Below, piece by piece: positions 46,969 to 55,833 of a stretch of DNA of 64,000 nucleotides. Under the pieces are notes generated by a model. It was given only the letters and a program-made list of their open reading frames with translations. It ran no database searches and had not been told where the DNA came from. The position numbers and the translations under genes are program-made. Source of the DNA: Acidobacteriota bacterium (lineage in GTDB: Bacteria > Acidobacteriota > Terriglobia > Bryobacterales > Bryobacteraceae); NCBI GenBank assembly GCA_018268935.1, contig JAFDVS010000032.1:17987-81986 (forward strand), in the 5' to 3' direction. How positions within the stretch are numbered: the stretch's first letter is position 1; each line of letters opens with the position of its first letter.

Positions 46969-47331
46969 ATGTCGCTAGAGCAAATTCAGAAAGATATCGA
47001 TAACCTCAAGGCTGCCGTCCCCGAACTGAAAGGGGTTCTACTGGCCTCTTACGACGGTAAACCCATTGCTCATTCTCTTGAGCAGGACAGCGACCCCACC
47101 CGGATTGCCGCGCTTGCCGCTGCCGCTTCCAGTCTGGGACGCCGTGTGAGCGACAGCCTGGCCACGGGGGTCCTCAATGAGATCAGTCTCAGCGCGAGTG
47201 AAGGTCAAGTGTTCCTTTACAACGCAGGGAACAAGGCCGTGCTTGCGGTGATTGGCCCCACGGGAGCCAACACCGGTCTCATCCACCTGGAAGCCCGCTG
47301 GGCCGCCCGCGAAATCGGCGACCGCGTTTAA
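46969..47331 (+). CDS. Roadblock/LC7 (MglB-like) domain protein
   Basis: Start at MSLEQIQKDIDNL. LKGVLLASYDGKPIA ... VLAVIGP pattern typical of the Roadblock/LC7 fold. Confidence 0.7.
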   Translation: MSLEQIQKDIDNLKAAVPELKGVLLASYDGKPIAHSLEQDSDPTRIAALAAAASSLGRRVSDSLATGVLNEISLSASEGQVFLYNAGNKAVLAVIGPTGANTGLIHLEARWAAREIGDRV

Positions 47332-47351
47332 AACACACTTCTCAACAGGCT

Positions 47352-48011
47352 CTACTTCGCGGTCCGCGCCTTCGCAATCCGGTCCGTCAGCGTCCGCACG
47401 TGCGAATCTTCCATCGCCGTCCCCAATAATTCCAACTCCAGTTTCGACCCGCTGAAAGGTTCAATTTCCACCTTATACGGATTCGGCCGCTTAAATTTCT
47501 TAATATCCTTGTATTCCCACCGCCGCGATGCAGCCGCATCGTCCACTGCTTCGTAAATCAACTGGGTTTGCGTTGCCATCAGCTTCCCCTTCGATCCACC
47601 AATCAGCTTGTTCTGCTTCGCGTCGAAGTTCATATCCGCCCCCGACACATCCATCGCACCCTTTGGCTTCTCCCTCAGCCACCGCGTCACCGCGGCCGCG
47701 TCCGTATCCGGCGTCATGCGAAATGCCACCCGGGTGATTTCTCCCGACCGGTCCCGCACCGCCTTGGCGAGCTGAAACACCAGCGTCCCTTTGTCTTCGC
47801 TCAGATCCTTCACCGTTTCCCGGGCGAAGGTAAACGAAGAGGCAGGCCGTTCATCGTCCACGAACGTCAGCATCTGGGGATGCAGCACCAGTTTCCCGGC
47901 CACTGCACCGAACGGCGCCGAAAGCTCCGCCCGGTACACCTCAACGCCCGTTTGTCCCGCGGCCGTCATTACCAGCGCCAGTGGCAACACGAATCCCTTG
48001 CTGTTCCTCAT
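47352..48011 (-). CDS. Secreted hypothetical protein (two similar ~90-aa halves)
   Basis: AAGGAGG SD 8 nt upstream of ATG 48011. Signal peptide MRNSKGFVLPLALVMTAAGQ. Confidence 0.6.
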   Translation of the reverse strand: MRNSKGFVLPLALVMTAAGQTGVEVYRAELSAPFGAVAGKLVLHPQMLTFVDDERPASSFTFARETVKDLSEDKGTLVFQLAKAVRDRSGEITRVAFRMTPDTDAAAVTRWLREKPKGAMDVSGADMNFDAKQNKLIGGSKGKLMATQTQLIYEAVDDAAASRRWEYKDIKKFKRPNPYKVEIEPFSGSKLELELLGTAMEDSHVRTLTDRIAKARTAK

Positions 48012-48055
48012 TGTCCATTCCTCCTTGAGGGCTTATTCCTGCATGATAGCGAAAC

Positions 48056-49552
48056 TCAGCGCCCCAACTCTGCCAACCGCTGCCGGGCCTCGGCGAAATC
48101 GGGCTGAAGCCGGATCGCCTCTCGAAACGCGCGCTCTGCCTCATCCCTCTTCCCCATCGCGGCGTGCGTTACTCCAAGATTGAGCCATATCAGCGCGTGG
48201 TCCGGATTTGCGCGCCTCGCCCGCTCAAATGCCGCCAGAGCCTGTGCATGGTCCCCGGCCATCGCTCGCGCTACCCCCAACGTCAACAACGCCCCAACAT
48301 GCTCCCGCTCCAGCCGTAACACCCGCTCCGCCTCCGCTACCGCCGCGTCGCGCCGCCCCAGCCGGAGCAGTGTATTTGCCAGTGCCGCCCGAGCCCCGAT
48401 ATCCTTCCCATCCTTTGCCAGCCGCTTCTCGTAAATCGCCACTGCCTCCGCATTCGGCGTCCGGATATTCGCCATCGCCAGCGTATCCACATCCGCCTTC
48501 GTGTAGAACGAAATCACCGGGCCCGGGTACGCCGTGTGATCCGCCTTCGGCTCCACCGGCTTCACGCGGATCCAATGGTCCGTCATCGTGACATGCGGAG
48601 CATCGTTCGTCGCCCGCTTCGCCATGTGGCACTCCGCGCAATTCGTATCCACCTGCCGCGTATGCTTCACCAGAGCATGGCAGTCCGCGCATGCGTTCCT
48701 GGCCCGTGCCGTATGTGGATCATGACACGTGGTGCACGTCATCTTTCCACTCGACTTCCGGTAGCAGGCGGATTGCAGCATCCGGTACCCCGCGTGATTC
48801 ACCTCAAAGCGCGGCTCGGCCGCATCGGCCCGGTCAAAGTACACCTTGTACGACTCCAACGATTCCCCCGGCCGGAAAGTAAACACCTCCCGCCCCGGCT
48901 GCCGGAACGAATCGGCTATCCCCTGCGACACCGTTTCCAGATGACACTGCAAACACACCTCCAACTGCCGGGCCGCCGGCAACCGCGAGGGATTTAGGAT
49001 CGTGCCTTTCTCCGGCCTCTTCAAATGCGCCTGCGCGCCACCATGGCAGCGTGCACAGTCGATACTCTTCGGCCGTGCCCGTGCCTCCCGTGACACCGGA
49101 TACGCCGCATGGCAGAACAAGCATGCATCCGAGATTTCCCGCCGCATGTCCTGGTGCACGGGCGAATCATACCCCGGCGACATGCCCCACCCGTTCAATG
49201 TCCGATACCACGACAACGGCAGTTCCAGCAGCCGGCCCTGCTCCGTGCGGTGCACATACGTCACCGCATGGTTTCCTGAACCAATCGCGAAATCCACCCG
49301 CTTCTCAATCTCATTGATCCTCTGCTTTTGTCCATCCAGTTGATACCGGAGCATCACACCATCCGCCACGCGGTAATGCCGGTTCGACAACCGGTGAAAA
49401 TACTCCCCACCAAAAGAAACGGGCCGCTCACCGATCGAGCGGCCCATCCCTGTCTTTCCAAACGCTTCAACGATCGTTGCATGGCACGGCCGGCATTCCT
49501 CGTTGGAGCCCCAAAGCGGAGCCGTCAATAGAACCAGCGCCGCGCCAGCCAC
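48056..49552 (-). CDS. Heptahaem c-type cytochrome fused to C-terminal TPR repeats
   Basis: Seven CxxCH motifs (CRPCH, CLFCH, CARCH, CLQCH, CTTCH, CADCH, CAECH), then TPR units. I place the start at GTG 49552, 2 nt after the TonB-receptor stop. The track ORF extension (to 49825) overlaps that gene. Confidence 0.75.
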   Translation of the reverse strand: MAGAALVLLTAPLWGSNEECRPCHATIVEAFGKTGMGRSIGERPVSFGGEYFHRLSNRHYRVADGVMLRYQLDGQKQRINEIEKRVDFAIGSGNHAVTYVHRTEQGRLLELPLSWYRTLNGWGMSPGYDSPVHQDMRREISDACLFCHAAYPVSREARARPKSIDCARCHGGAQAHLKRPEKGTILNPSRLPAARQLEVCLQCHLETVSQGIADSFRQPGREVFTFRPGESLESYKVYFDRADAAEPRFEVNHAGYRMLQSACYRKSSGKMTCTTCHDPHTARARNACADCHALVKHTRQVDTNCAECHMAKRATNDAPHVTMTDHWIRVKPVEPKADHTAYPGPVISFYTKADVDTLAMANIRTPNAEAVAIYEKRLAKDGKDIGARAALANTLLRLGRRDAAVAEAERVLRLEREHVGALLTLGVARAMAGDHAQALAAFERARRANPDHALIWLNLGVTHAAMGKRDEAERAFREAIRLQPDFAEARQRLAELGR

Positions 49553-49554
49553 GC

Positions 49555-52500
49555 TTAGAACTGAATACGTCCACCGATCATGAACGACCGCGGATTGCGG
49601 GCCGACGTCACCTGCCCGAACGTTGTCGGAGTCGTGAATGTTGTTCCAATTCCATCCCATTGGGTGTGATTGAACAGATTGTACGCCTCTGCGCGAAGTT
49701 CGAACCGGACCCCTTCCTTGATCGCGAAGTACTTCATGAACGTCGTGTCCCACTGGTTCCAGCCCGGCCCGGACAGAACGTTGCGCGCCACCGAGGAGAA
49801 CGTCCCCAGTGCCGGTGCGCTCCATACCGACGGGTTGAACCAGCGAGTGATCGTCCGCTCGCCTTTACCCAAATACGGGCTGGCCGATGCTTCCGGCCGC
49901 TGCCGGCTGCTTGATCCGACGCCCGCGTTGTCGCGGCCCAACTGCGGATTGATCGGCAACCCGGTGCGCAGCGTATAAATCCCTGACACCTGCCAGCCAC
50001 CGAACGCCTTCCCCAGAATATCCTTCCGATCCCTCAGGAACGGAATGTCATAAACCAGTGATCCGATGAAGTTGTGCGTCGCATCGAAGTTCGCCCGTCC
50101 GCGCTCCCCGCGCGCATCCTGCGTGTTCGGATAGAACCCGTAGATGCCGCCCGTGAAGTCCGCGTTGTCAATCGCCTTCGACCAGGTGTACGAGGTTTGG
50201 AACAGCAGCCCCTTCGAGAAACTGCGGTTCAGGCTCGTCTGCAGGCCGTGGTAGTTCGAAGCGTAGCTCTGTTCCCGATGGTTGATCACTGCCCAACCCT
50301 TGTAGGGACGGGCCTGATTGGGATTCTGCAGCCCCTGTGCGATGCGCGGGTCGGGACGCGGCTGGTTCAGATCCTGGGTCCGCATGAAGTGCAATCCATG
50401 TGTCCCCGAGTAGCCGATTTCCAGAACCATGTTGTTCGTCAGCCCGTGCTGGATGTTGATGTTCCACTGCTGCGTGTAAGGATTGAGCTGGTTCATGTCG
50501 ATTGAGCCCAATTCGATCGGGAGATCGAAGTTGCGTGTCGTGCCGCCGCCGGGATTGGAGAGGGTGGTGTTATCCACGGTCAGCAGTTCCGAGAATGGCG
50601 GATTGCCCGACATCAGAATAAACGCTCCCAGAATCTCGCGGCTGTAGAACAATCCAAAGCCGCCGCGCACCGCCGTCCGGCCGTTGCCGAACACGTCATA
50701 GGCGAAACTGAAGCGAGGTGCGAAATTCTTCTTGTGCTTGATCCAGAAATTCGTCGGATCCACCAGCCCGTTGAACCGGTTGCCCGATCCCCGTTGCACC
50801 TGCCCCGACGCGTTCACCGTCACGGCCTGTGAGGCATTGTATTGCTCCGGGATGAACACCCGGAAACGATTGTCCGGCTCCGTCGCCGGCGGGAAGTAGG
50901 AGTAGCGTACGCCAAGGTTGAGCGTCAGGCGCCGGTTTACCTTCCAGCTGTCGTCCACAAACATTTCCACCGAGTTGCGGCGGTTGTCGTTGAACGCCAC
51001 GGTATTGGTTTCGTTGTAAGATGCCGCGCTGCCCAACAACATGTCGGCAAACGCGTCACCACCCGATGCCGCGCCAGGCTGCCGCGTGAAGCGGCCGTCG
51101 AAGCTGAATGCTCCAAATACGTTCGTGTTCGTCGGCTCAAACTTGATCTCGTTCGAGTAGTTGAAGCCGGTCTTGATCGTGTGCGCGCCCTTGATCCACG
51201 TGAACGTGTCCCGCAGTTCATAGATCGTCTGGTAATTGCTCCACGGCGCGCCCGGATTCAGCGATGCGTAGTTCGTCAGGGCCACCGTCGGCACACGATC
51301 GGGAACCTTCGACAGGTTCAGGCTCTGCAGCGGATAGGTGTTCTCGTTATCGGCGAACAACTGCGGGATGTTGATCCCCCATGTGGATCCGTTCAGATCC
51401 GGCGGGAATTGCTTGATGCGATTGTGGCTGCGCACGAACGTTGCGTCCATGATCAGATTCGGCCGGAACGTCGCATTGTAGTTCGCCGTCATGTTCCGTG
51501 CTGGCGTCTCGTTCTGCTGCCGGAAGAAATCAAAGCCCGAGGATGTCAGGAAGTTGTTCAACCGGAACTCCGGTGTGTAGCGCCACATCACGCGATGCTT
51601 ATCGTTGAAAATGTGGTCCACACGGAAATTCTTCTCGTTGGTGTCGTCCCGCCGAGATCCCTGCGAAAACCAGTTGCGCCCCGCCGCGTCGCGGAAGTTC
51701 GGGTTCGGGAACATCTTCGTGTACCCGAGCGCATTGCGGTCCAGCCGCGCCGTCGGAATTACGTTTCCAGGGAAGGGCGTCCCCGTCGCCGGATCGTAAA
51801 TCGTCCGGCCCAGGTCTGAGAAATTCCCCGTCCGGTACGCCAGTTCCGGCACGATGTTTAGAAAGCTCTGTTGCTGCCGCTCTTTGATGAACCCGACCAG
51901 CACGAAGAAGAACGTCTTGTTCCGCCCGTTGTAAACCTTCGGAATGTAGACTGGTCCACCCACTGTGAATCCGTAATCGTTGCCCCGGAACGTCGACCGC
52001 GTCGGCGTGAAGAAATTCCGCGCATTGAATTTGTCATTGCGGTGGAAATAATACGCCGAACCGTGCAGATCGTTCGTTCCGCCCTTGGTGATTACATTGA
52101 ATTGGGATCCGCCGCCCACTCCAAACTCCGCCGAGTAGTTCCCGCGGATGGCCCGGAATTCCGCCACCGATTCGATATTCGGCGCCAGCGGCGTTCCCCA
52201 GTTCCCGCCCGTGTCGATGTTGTAGCCGCCATCGAGCAGCCATGCATTGTGCGTCGGCCGCACACCGTTCACCGAAGAGTTATTGTTGCGACGGTCATAG
52301 GGAGTTGTCGAAACCACGCCCGGCATCAGCAGCGCAAACGGCAGCACGTTGCGTCCGCGCGATGGCAGTTGCACCATGTCCTTGCCGTCCAGCAATTGCG
52401 ACGTCGTGCCCGTTGCCGTATTCACCGTCACCGCGCTTGCTTCCACCGTCACCTGCTCGGCCAACTGGCCCACTTCCATCGTGAACACGATGCGGCGGTT

Positions 52501-52785
52501 GTCATTCACACGCAACACCACATCTTCCACAACCGATTTCTTGAAGCCCGCGGCTTCCACGGTCACTTCGTATGTGCCGATCGGAATCAGAACAAACGAG
52601 TAGTTGCCCGACTCATCCGATGTTGTTTGGCGAGAGAGACCAGTGCCGACGTTGCGTGCCCGCACCGTGGCTCCTGGAACGACTGCGGTCGATGCATCCT
52701 GCACCACCCCGTAGATCCCCGCCGTTACTTCTTGCGAATACCCTAGCGCGGTCAACGCCAAAGCGAGACATACGTAACGGAACAT
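49555..52785 (-). CDS. TonB-dependent outer-membrane receptor with carboxypeptidase-regulatory-like domain
   Basis: 1076 aa. Signal peptide. GIYGVVQDASTAVVPGATVRA...IGTYEVTVEAAGF. Barrel ends ..GGRIQF. Paralogous to 28586..32077. Confidence 0.85.
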   Translation of the reverse strand: MFRYVCLALALTALGYSQEVTAGIYGVVQDASTAVVPGATVRARNVGTGLSRQTTSDESGNYSFVLIPIGTYEVTVEAAGFKKSVVEDVVLRVNDNRRIVFTMEVGQLAEQVTVEASAVTVNTATGTTSQLLDGKDMVQLPSRGRNVLPFALLMPGVVSTTPYDRRNNNSSVNGVRPTHNAWLLDGGYNIDTGGNWGTPLAPNIESVAEFRAIRGNYSAEFGVGGGSQFNVITKGGTNDLHGSAYYFHRNDKFNARNFFTPTRSTFRGNDYGFTVGGPVYIPKVYNGRNKTFFFVLVGFIKERQQQSFLNIVPELAYRTGNFSDLGRTIYDPATGTPFPGNVIPTARLDRNALGYTKMFPNPNFRDAAGRNWFSQGSRRDDTNEKNFRVDHIFNDKHRVMWRYTPEFRLNNFLTSSGFDFFRQQNETPARNMTANYNATFRPNLIMDATFVRSHNRIKQFPPDLNGSTWGINIPQLFADNENTYPLQSLNLSKVPDRVPTVALTNYASLNPGAPWSNYQTIYELRDTFTWIKGAHTIKTGFNYSNEIKFEPTNTNVFGAFSFDGRFTRQPGAASGGDAFADMLLGSAASYNETNTVAFNDNRRNSVEMFVDDSWKVNRRLTLNLGVRYSYFPPATEPDNRFRVFIPEQYNASQAVTVNASGQVQRGSGNRFNGLVDPTNFWIKHKKNFAPRFSFAYDVFGNGRTAVRGGFGLFYSREILGAFILMSGNPPFSELLTVDNTTLSNPGGGTTRNFDLPIELGSIDMNQLNPYTQQWNINIQHGLTNNMVLEIGYSGTHGLHFMRTQDLNQPRPDPRIAQGLQNPNQARPYKGWAVINHREQSYASNYHGLQTSLNRSFSKGLLFQTSYTWSKAIDNADFTGGIYGFYPNTQDARGERGRANFDATHNFIGSLVYDIPFLRDRKDILGKAFGGWQVSGIYTLRTGLPINPQLGRDNAGVGSSSRQRPEASASPYLGKGERTITRWFNPSVWSAPALGTFSSVARNVLSGPGWNQWDTTFMKYFAIKEGVRFELRAEAYNLFNHTQWDGIGTTFTTPTTFGQVTSARNPRSFMIGGRIQF

Positions 52786-52836
52786 TCGTTAACTCCAGTT
52801 TGCAGTGTTTACCCAGCTGACGAAGCTATTCCGTTG

Positions 52837-52865
52837 ATGATAGAGCAACCGGACGCTGGTGACAA
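52837..52865 (-). promoter_or_regulatory. Sigma70-like promoter for the TonB-receptor/cytochrome operon
   Basis: Minus strand: TTGTCA-17 nt-TATCAT (5/6 and 5/6 matches to consensus). GGAG SD lies 9 nt before ATG 52785. Confidence 0.45.
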
Positions 52866-52909
52866 GTCGAACTTTCGTTAACTGCAAAAAGAGGGCGGCC
52901 GATCAAGCA

Positions 52910-53596
52910 CTACTGTAAACGTCGCATGCGCCATGACAATCCGCACAGCCCAATCAACACGATCCCCAGTGTTGCCGGCTCAGGCACATCGTTCGAATAA
53001 AATAAGGAATCCACCTCCCACGTCCCATCTCCTCCCGCCGTAAAATCGCCAAAACCAATCCCATTCGGTACTACGCCCAGCCTCCGGGTGCCTTGAAACA
53101 CCGTCACTCCATCCACCTTAACCTCCATCGTTTGCGTTCCCCCCGGCAGCAGCAGCGTAAACGTGTGGAATCCTCCCATGGTCGCCGCCCCAACCGTGGT
53201 CGAACCAGGCGGCATAGGTTCCGATACAATTTGCAGTTGTCCTGCCTGCACGCCAATCTCCACGTAAGATGACGGCCCGTACACACCAAAGGCAGATCCT
53301 AGCCCCCCGCTCCCATCGATGTAGCGCGCTCGCAGTTCGAATACCGTATCCTTTGATGCGTCGTAGACCCCAGGGAGCTTATAGTAGCCGCCGCCCTCGC
53401 CCGGAAGGGAGAAGGTATCGCCCCGCAATACTCCCCCAGCAATGCTGTAGAGGAGTCCTTCATCTGTTCCTTCGAAACTCCAACCGTGCGCAGTAGGCAG
53501 CAGGCCGTCTTCAAAGTCCAGAAACACCGTGACCGCGGCTGCCTCACTAGCACAAAACATACCGAGCAGCGCCAGCTTCCTTGCGATGGAAATCAT
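52910..53596 (-). CDS. PEP-CTERM sorting-domain protein (ConA/LamG-like body)
   Basis: Start at MISIARKLALLGMFCASEAAA. C-terminus VPEPATLGIVLIGLCGLSWRMRRLQ. Confidence 0.75.
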   Translation of the reverse strand: MISIARKLALLGMFCASEAAAVTVFLDFEDGLLPTAHGWSFEGTDEGLLYSIAGGVLRGDTFSLPGEGGGYYKLPGVYDASKDTVFELRARYIDGSGGLGSAFGVYGPSSYVEIGVQAGQLQIVSEPMPPGSTTVGAATMGGFHTFTLLLPGGTQTMEVKVDGVTVFQGTRRLGVVPNGIGFGDFTAGGDGTWEVDSLFYSNDVPEPATLGIVLIGLCGLSWRMRRLQ

Positions 53597-53670
53597 AGAT
53601 TGCGAGGTCCTTTCCCCTCTAGATTTGAAATGAAAGCATAAGCATTGCATCCCGCTTCCGCCCGCGCCAG

Positions 53671-53720
53671 CGGCAAAACACGGCAAAACGCGGCATTACG
53701 TGAAAACACACGGTTTACCT
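53671..53720. repeat. 10-bp phased A-tract repeat in a divergent intergenic region
   Basis: CGGCAAAACA / CGGCAAAACG / CGGCATTACG / TGAAAACACA / CGGTTTACCT, exactly one unit per helical turn. Confidence 0.55.
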
Positions 53721-53748
53721 ACGCACCAACCTGATACCCTGTTCTGTA

Positions 53749-55746
53749 ATGTCGGAGACCATGTCGCAGCGGGAGCCTCAGGATCCGGGCCGCAGGAGGC
53801 TCGATTCCTGGAAAGAAATCGCCCTCTACTTGGGAAAGGACATTCGCACGGTGCAGCGTTGGGAGAGCCGGGAGTCGCTTCCCATCCACAGGCACATGCA
53901 TGAATCCAAGGGGTCGGTGTTTGCATTCCCCGAAGAGTTAGATGAGTGGAAGCAACGACGATCCGTAACGGAGCACGACACGGACGACAAACCAACCACC
54001 TCCGAACCGTCAATCCCATTTCCACAACTCAGCCTTGACCGCTCATCTGCCCGCCGACGCCTCCTGCTCCTGCCTGGCATCGCTATCCTCTCCGTCTTCG
54101 CCGCACTCGCAGTCCGTCATTCCGCCCCGCCCCAGAAGCCCAAACCCATCCCGCTTCGCCTCTTGGCGCAGTGGCACGATTCGAAACTACGTCGCTTGCC
54201 CCTGTCCTCCAGATTCGGGCCTTTGGTTGCTTCGACTGACGAACGCACCACTTATGCAGCGTTGCCGGATGAAGGGGTCATCGCCGAGATCGGCGTCATC
54301 GATGGACGCCTCCGAAGGCGAATCCAAACAGGCGGCCGGCCCTATCAACTGGCGCTCAAACGTGATGGCCGGGAACTCATTGTGAGTGATGAAGCGCAAG
54401 GACTGTATCTGGTCGACCTCTCCTCCGGCGCTTCCCGGCTCATTCGCACAGATGGCGCCGTAAGCTCGATCCTGCTCAGCCCCAATGAAGACCGTCTGTT
54501 TCTCGCCATGGCCTACAAAGGTCTCAAGGTGCTGGATCTGGCAAATGAACAACTGCGAACACTCCCCGGCGTCGTTTGTCCCATGAGCCTGGCCGCTGAC
54601 CCCAAGAACAATCTCCTTTGGGTCAGTTGCCGTTGCGGTGGACCCGGTGGTCGCCTCGGCCACGACAACATCGATGTGCTCGACTTCGCCACGGAGCGTA
54701 GCGTGCGAACGGTGGGTGGGCCCCCGCTGGTCGGCGGCCACATCGCTGTCTCCTCGGATGGTGCACTGGTCGCCATCGATGGCAGCGACGCCTGCATCTC
54801 TCCTCGCTATGACAGAATCGGCTGCCCTCCGGGCGCTTATGGCATCGTTCAAGTATTCCGCGCCTCCGACAGCAAGCATCTCACCACCCTGTTGACATCC
54901 TCACCGGGATTCCTCTACTTCACCCCCGACAACTCCAGACTCCTTCATACCAACGGAAAACACCTTTCCGTTTTCGAAACCAGCTCCTTCCGGCAGGTCG
55001 AATCCTTGGAACAGCACATTATGTATGCCATCCTTTCCCCTTCGCGGCAGGAACTTTACACCATCCTCCGTGAGCCCAACGAATGGGTAGCCGCACCGCT
55101 CAACGACCTTCGCTGCGATTTTCGTCCGGAGGGATTGTACTCGTTCCATTGGTCCGCGGACGGTATCTTTACCGACCTCGGCGGCTCCAGTCACGGCGCC
55201 CCGCACCACGTCGAGTTCCAGCCTGGCCTGCTCGGGCAGGCCTTCCAGTTCAACGGCTCATCCTCTTTCCTGGATAGCGCCCCTGGAGATTCTGCATTCT
55301 TTCTCGGTCACAACATGACCTACATGCTTTGGCTGAAGCCCAGCCGTTCCTCCATCGAAGAAACGCTCCTGCAACGCATTCATCTCAATCAGCCCGATTG
55401 GAGGATGCTACGGCGGCCGGACGGCAGAATCGAACTTGAGTTTCCCCGAGACAACCGCAAGCCTCTCCTCCTCACCTCCGTCGATACAACGGCGACAGAC
55501 CACTGGAGCCACATCGCTCTCGTGACCGGGCAGGAAAACGTGCAACTCTACCTCAACGGCAAGCCTCAGGGCTTCCTCTCCGCCAATATCAGCGATCAGA
55601 AAGGCGGTCATTTCCGCTTTGGCGCTGGCTTTCGCGGCGGGAATTTTGCAGGGCATATGGATGAGGTTACTGTCCATGCGCGCCCGTTCTCCCGACAGGA
55701 GATTCAACGCGTTGAGGCAGACCTCCGCCGCTGTCATATCAACTAA
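53749..55746 (+). CDS. Membrane-anchored HTH protein with periplasmic beta-propeller and C-terminal LamG-like domain
   Basis: LDSWKEIALYLGKDIRTVQRWESRESLPIHRH (HTH). TM LLLLPGIAILSVFAALAV. Repeated propeller blades. C-terminus WSHIALVTGQENVQLYLNGKPQG...GHMDEVTVHARPFSRQEI (LamG/Laminin_G_3-like). Confidence 0.7.
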   Translation: MSETMSQREPQDPGRRRLDSWKEIALYLGKDIRTVQRWESRESLPIHRHMHESKGSVFAFPEELDEWKQRRSVTEHDTDDKPTTSEPSIPFPQLSLDRSSARRRLLLLPGIAILSVFAALAVRHSAPPQKPKPIPLRLLAQWHDSKLRRLPLSSRFGPLVASTDERTTYAALPDEGVIAEIGVIDGRLRRRIQTGGRPYQLALKRDGRELIVSDEAQGLYLVDLSSGASRLIRTDGAVSSILLSPNEDRLFLAMAYKGLKVLDLANEQLRTLPGVVCPMSLAADPKNNLLWVSCRCGGPGGRLGHDNIDVLDFATERSVRTVGGPPLVGGHIAVSSDGALVAIDGSDACISPRYDRIGCPPGAYGIVQVFRASDSKHLTTLLTSSPGFLYFTPDNSRLLHTNGKHLSVFETSSFRQVESLEQHIMYAILSPSRQELYTILREPNEWVAAPLNDLRCDFRPEGLYSFHWSADGIFTDLGGSSHGAPHHVEFQPGLLGQAFQFNGSSSFLDSAPGDSAFFLGHNMTYMLWLKPSRSSIEETLLQRIHLNQPDWRMLRRPDGRIELEFPRDNRKPLLLTSVDTTATDHWSHIALVTGQENVQLYLNGKPQGFLSANISDQKGGHFRFGAGFRGGNFAGHMDEVTVHARPFSRQEIQRVEADLRRCHIN

Positions 55747-55772
55747 GCGGCCGTAGTTCTCAACCAGCACAC

Positions 55773-55807
55773 AAAAAAAGAGGGCGGCCCTTCTGCAGAG
55801 CCGCCCT
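55773..55807 (-). terminator. Rho-independent terminator of the DUF1800-DUF1501 operon
   Basis: Perfect 8-bp stem AGGGCGGC/GCCGCCCT (55781..55788 / 55800..55807) with an 11-nt loop. On the minus strand a T7 run follows 1 nt after the stem. Confidence 0.7.
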
Positions 55808-55833
55808 AAAGTGTGTTGGGTGGAGAAACCTAC

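Noticed and set aside
52886-52900. 15-mer AAAAAGAGGGCGGCC shared with 55775..55789, considered as a repeated element or second terminator
   Set aside because: At 55773..55807 it forms part of a perfect terminator hairpin. At 52886 the complementary arm is missing, so no stable stem forms. A shared 15-mer of this composition can arise by chance.
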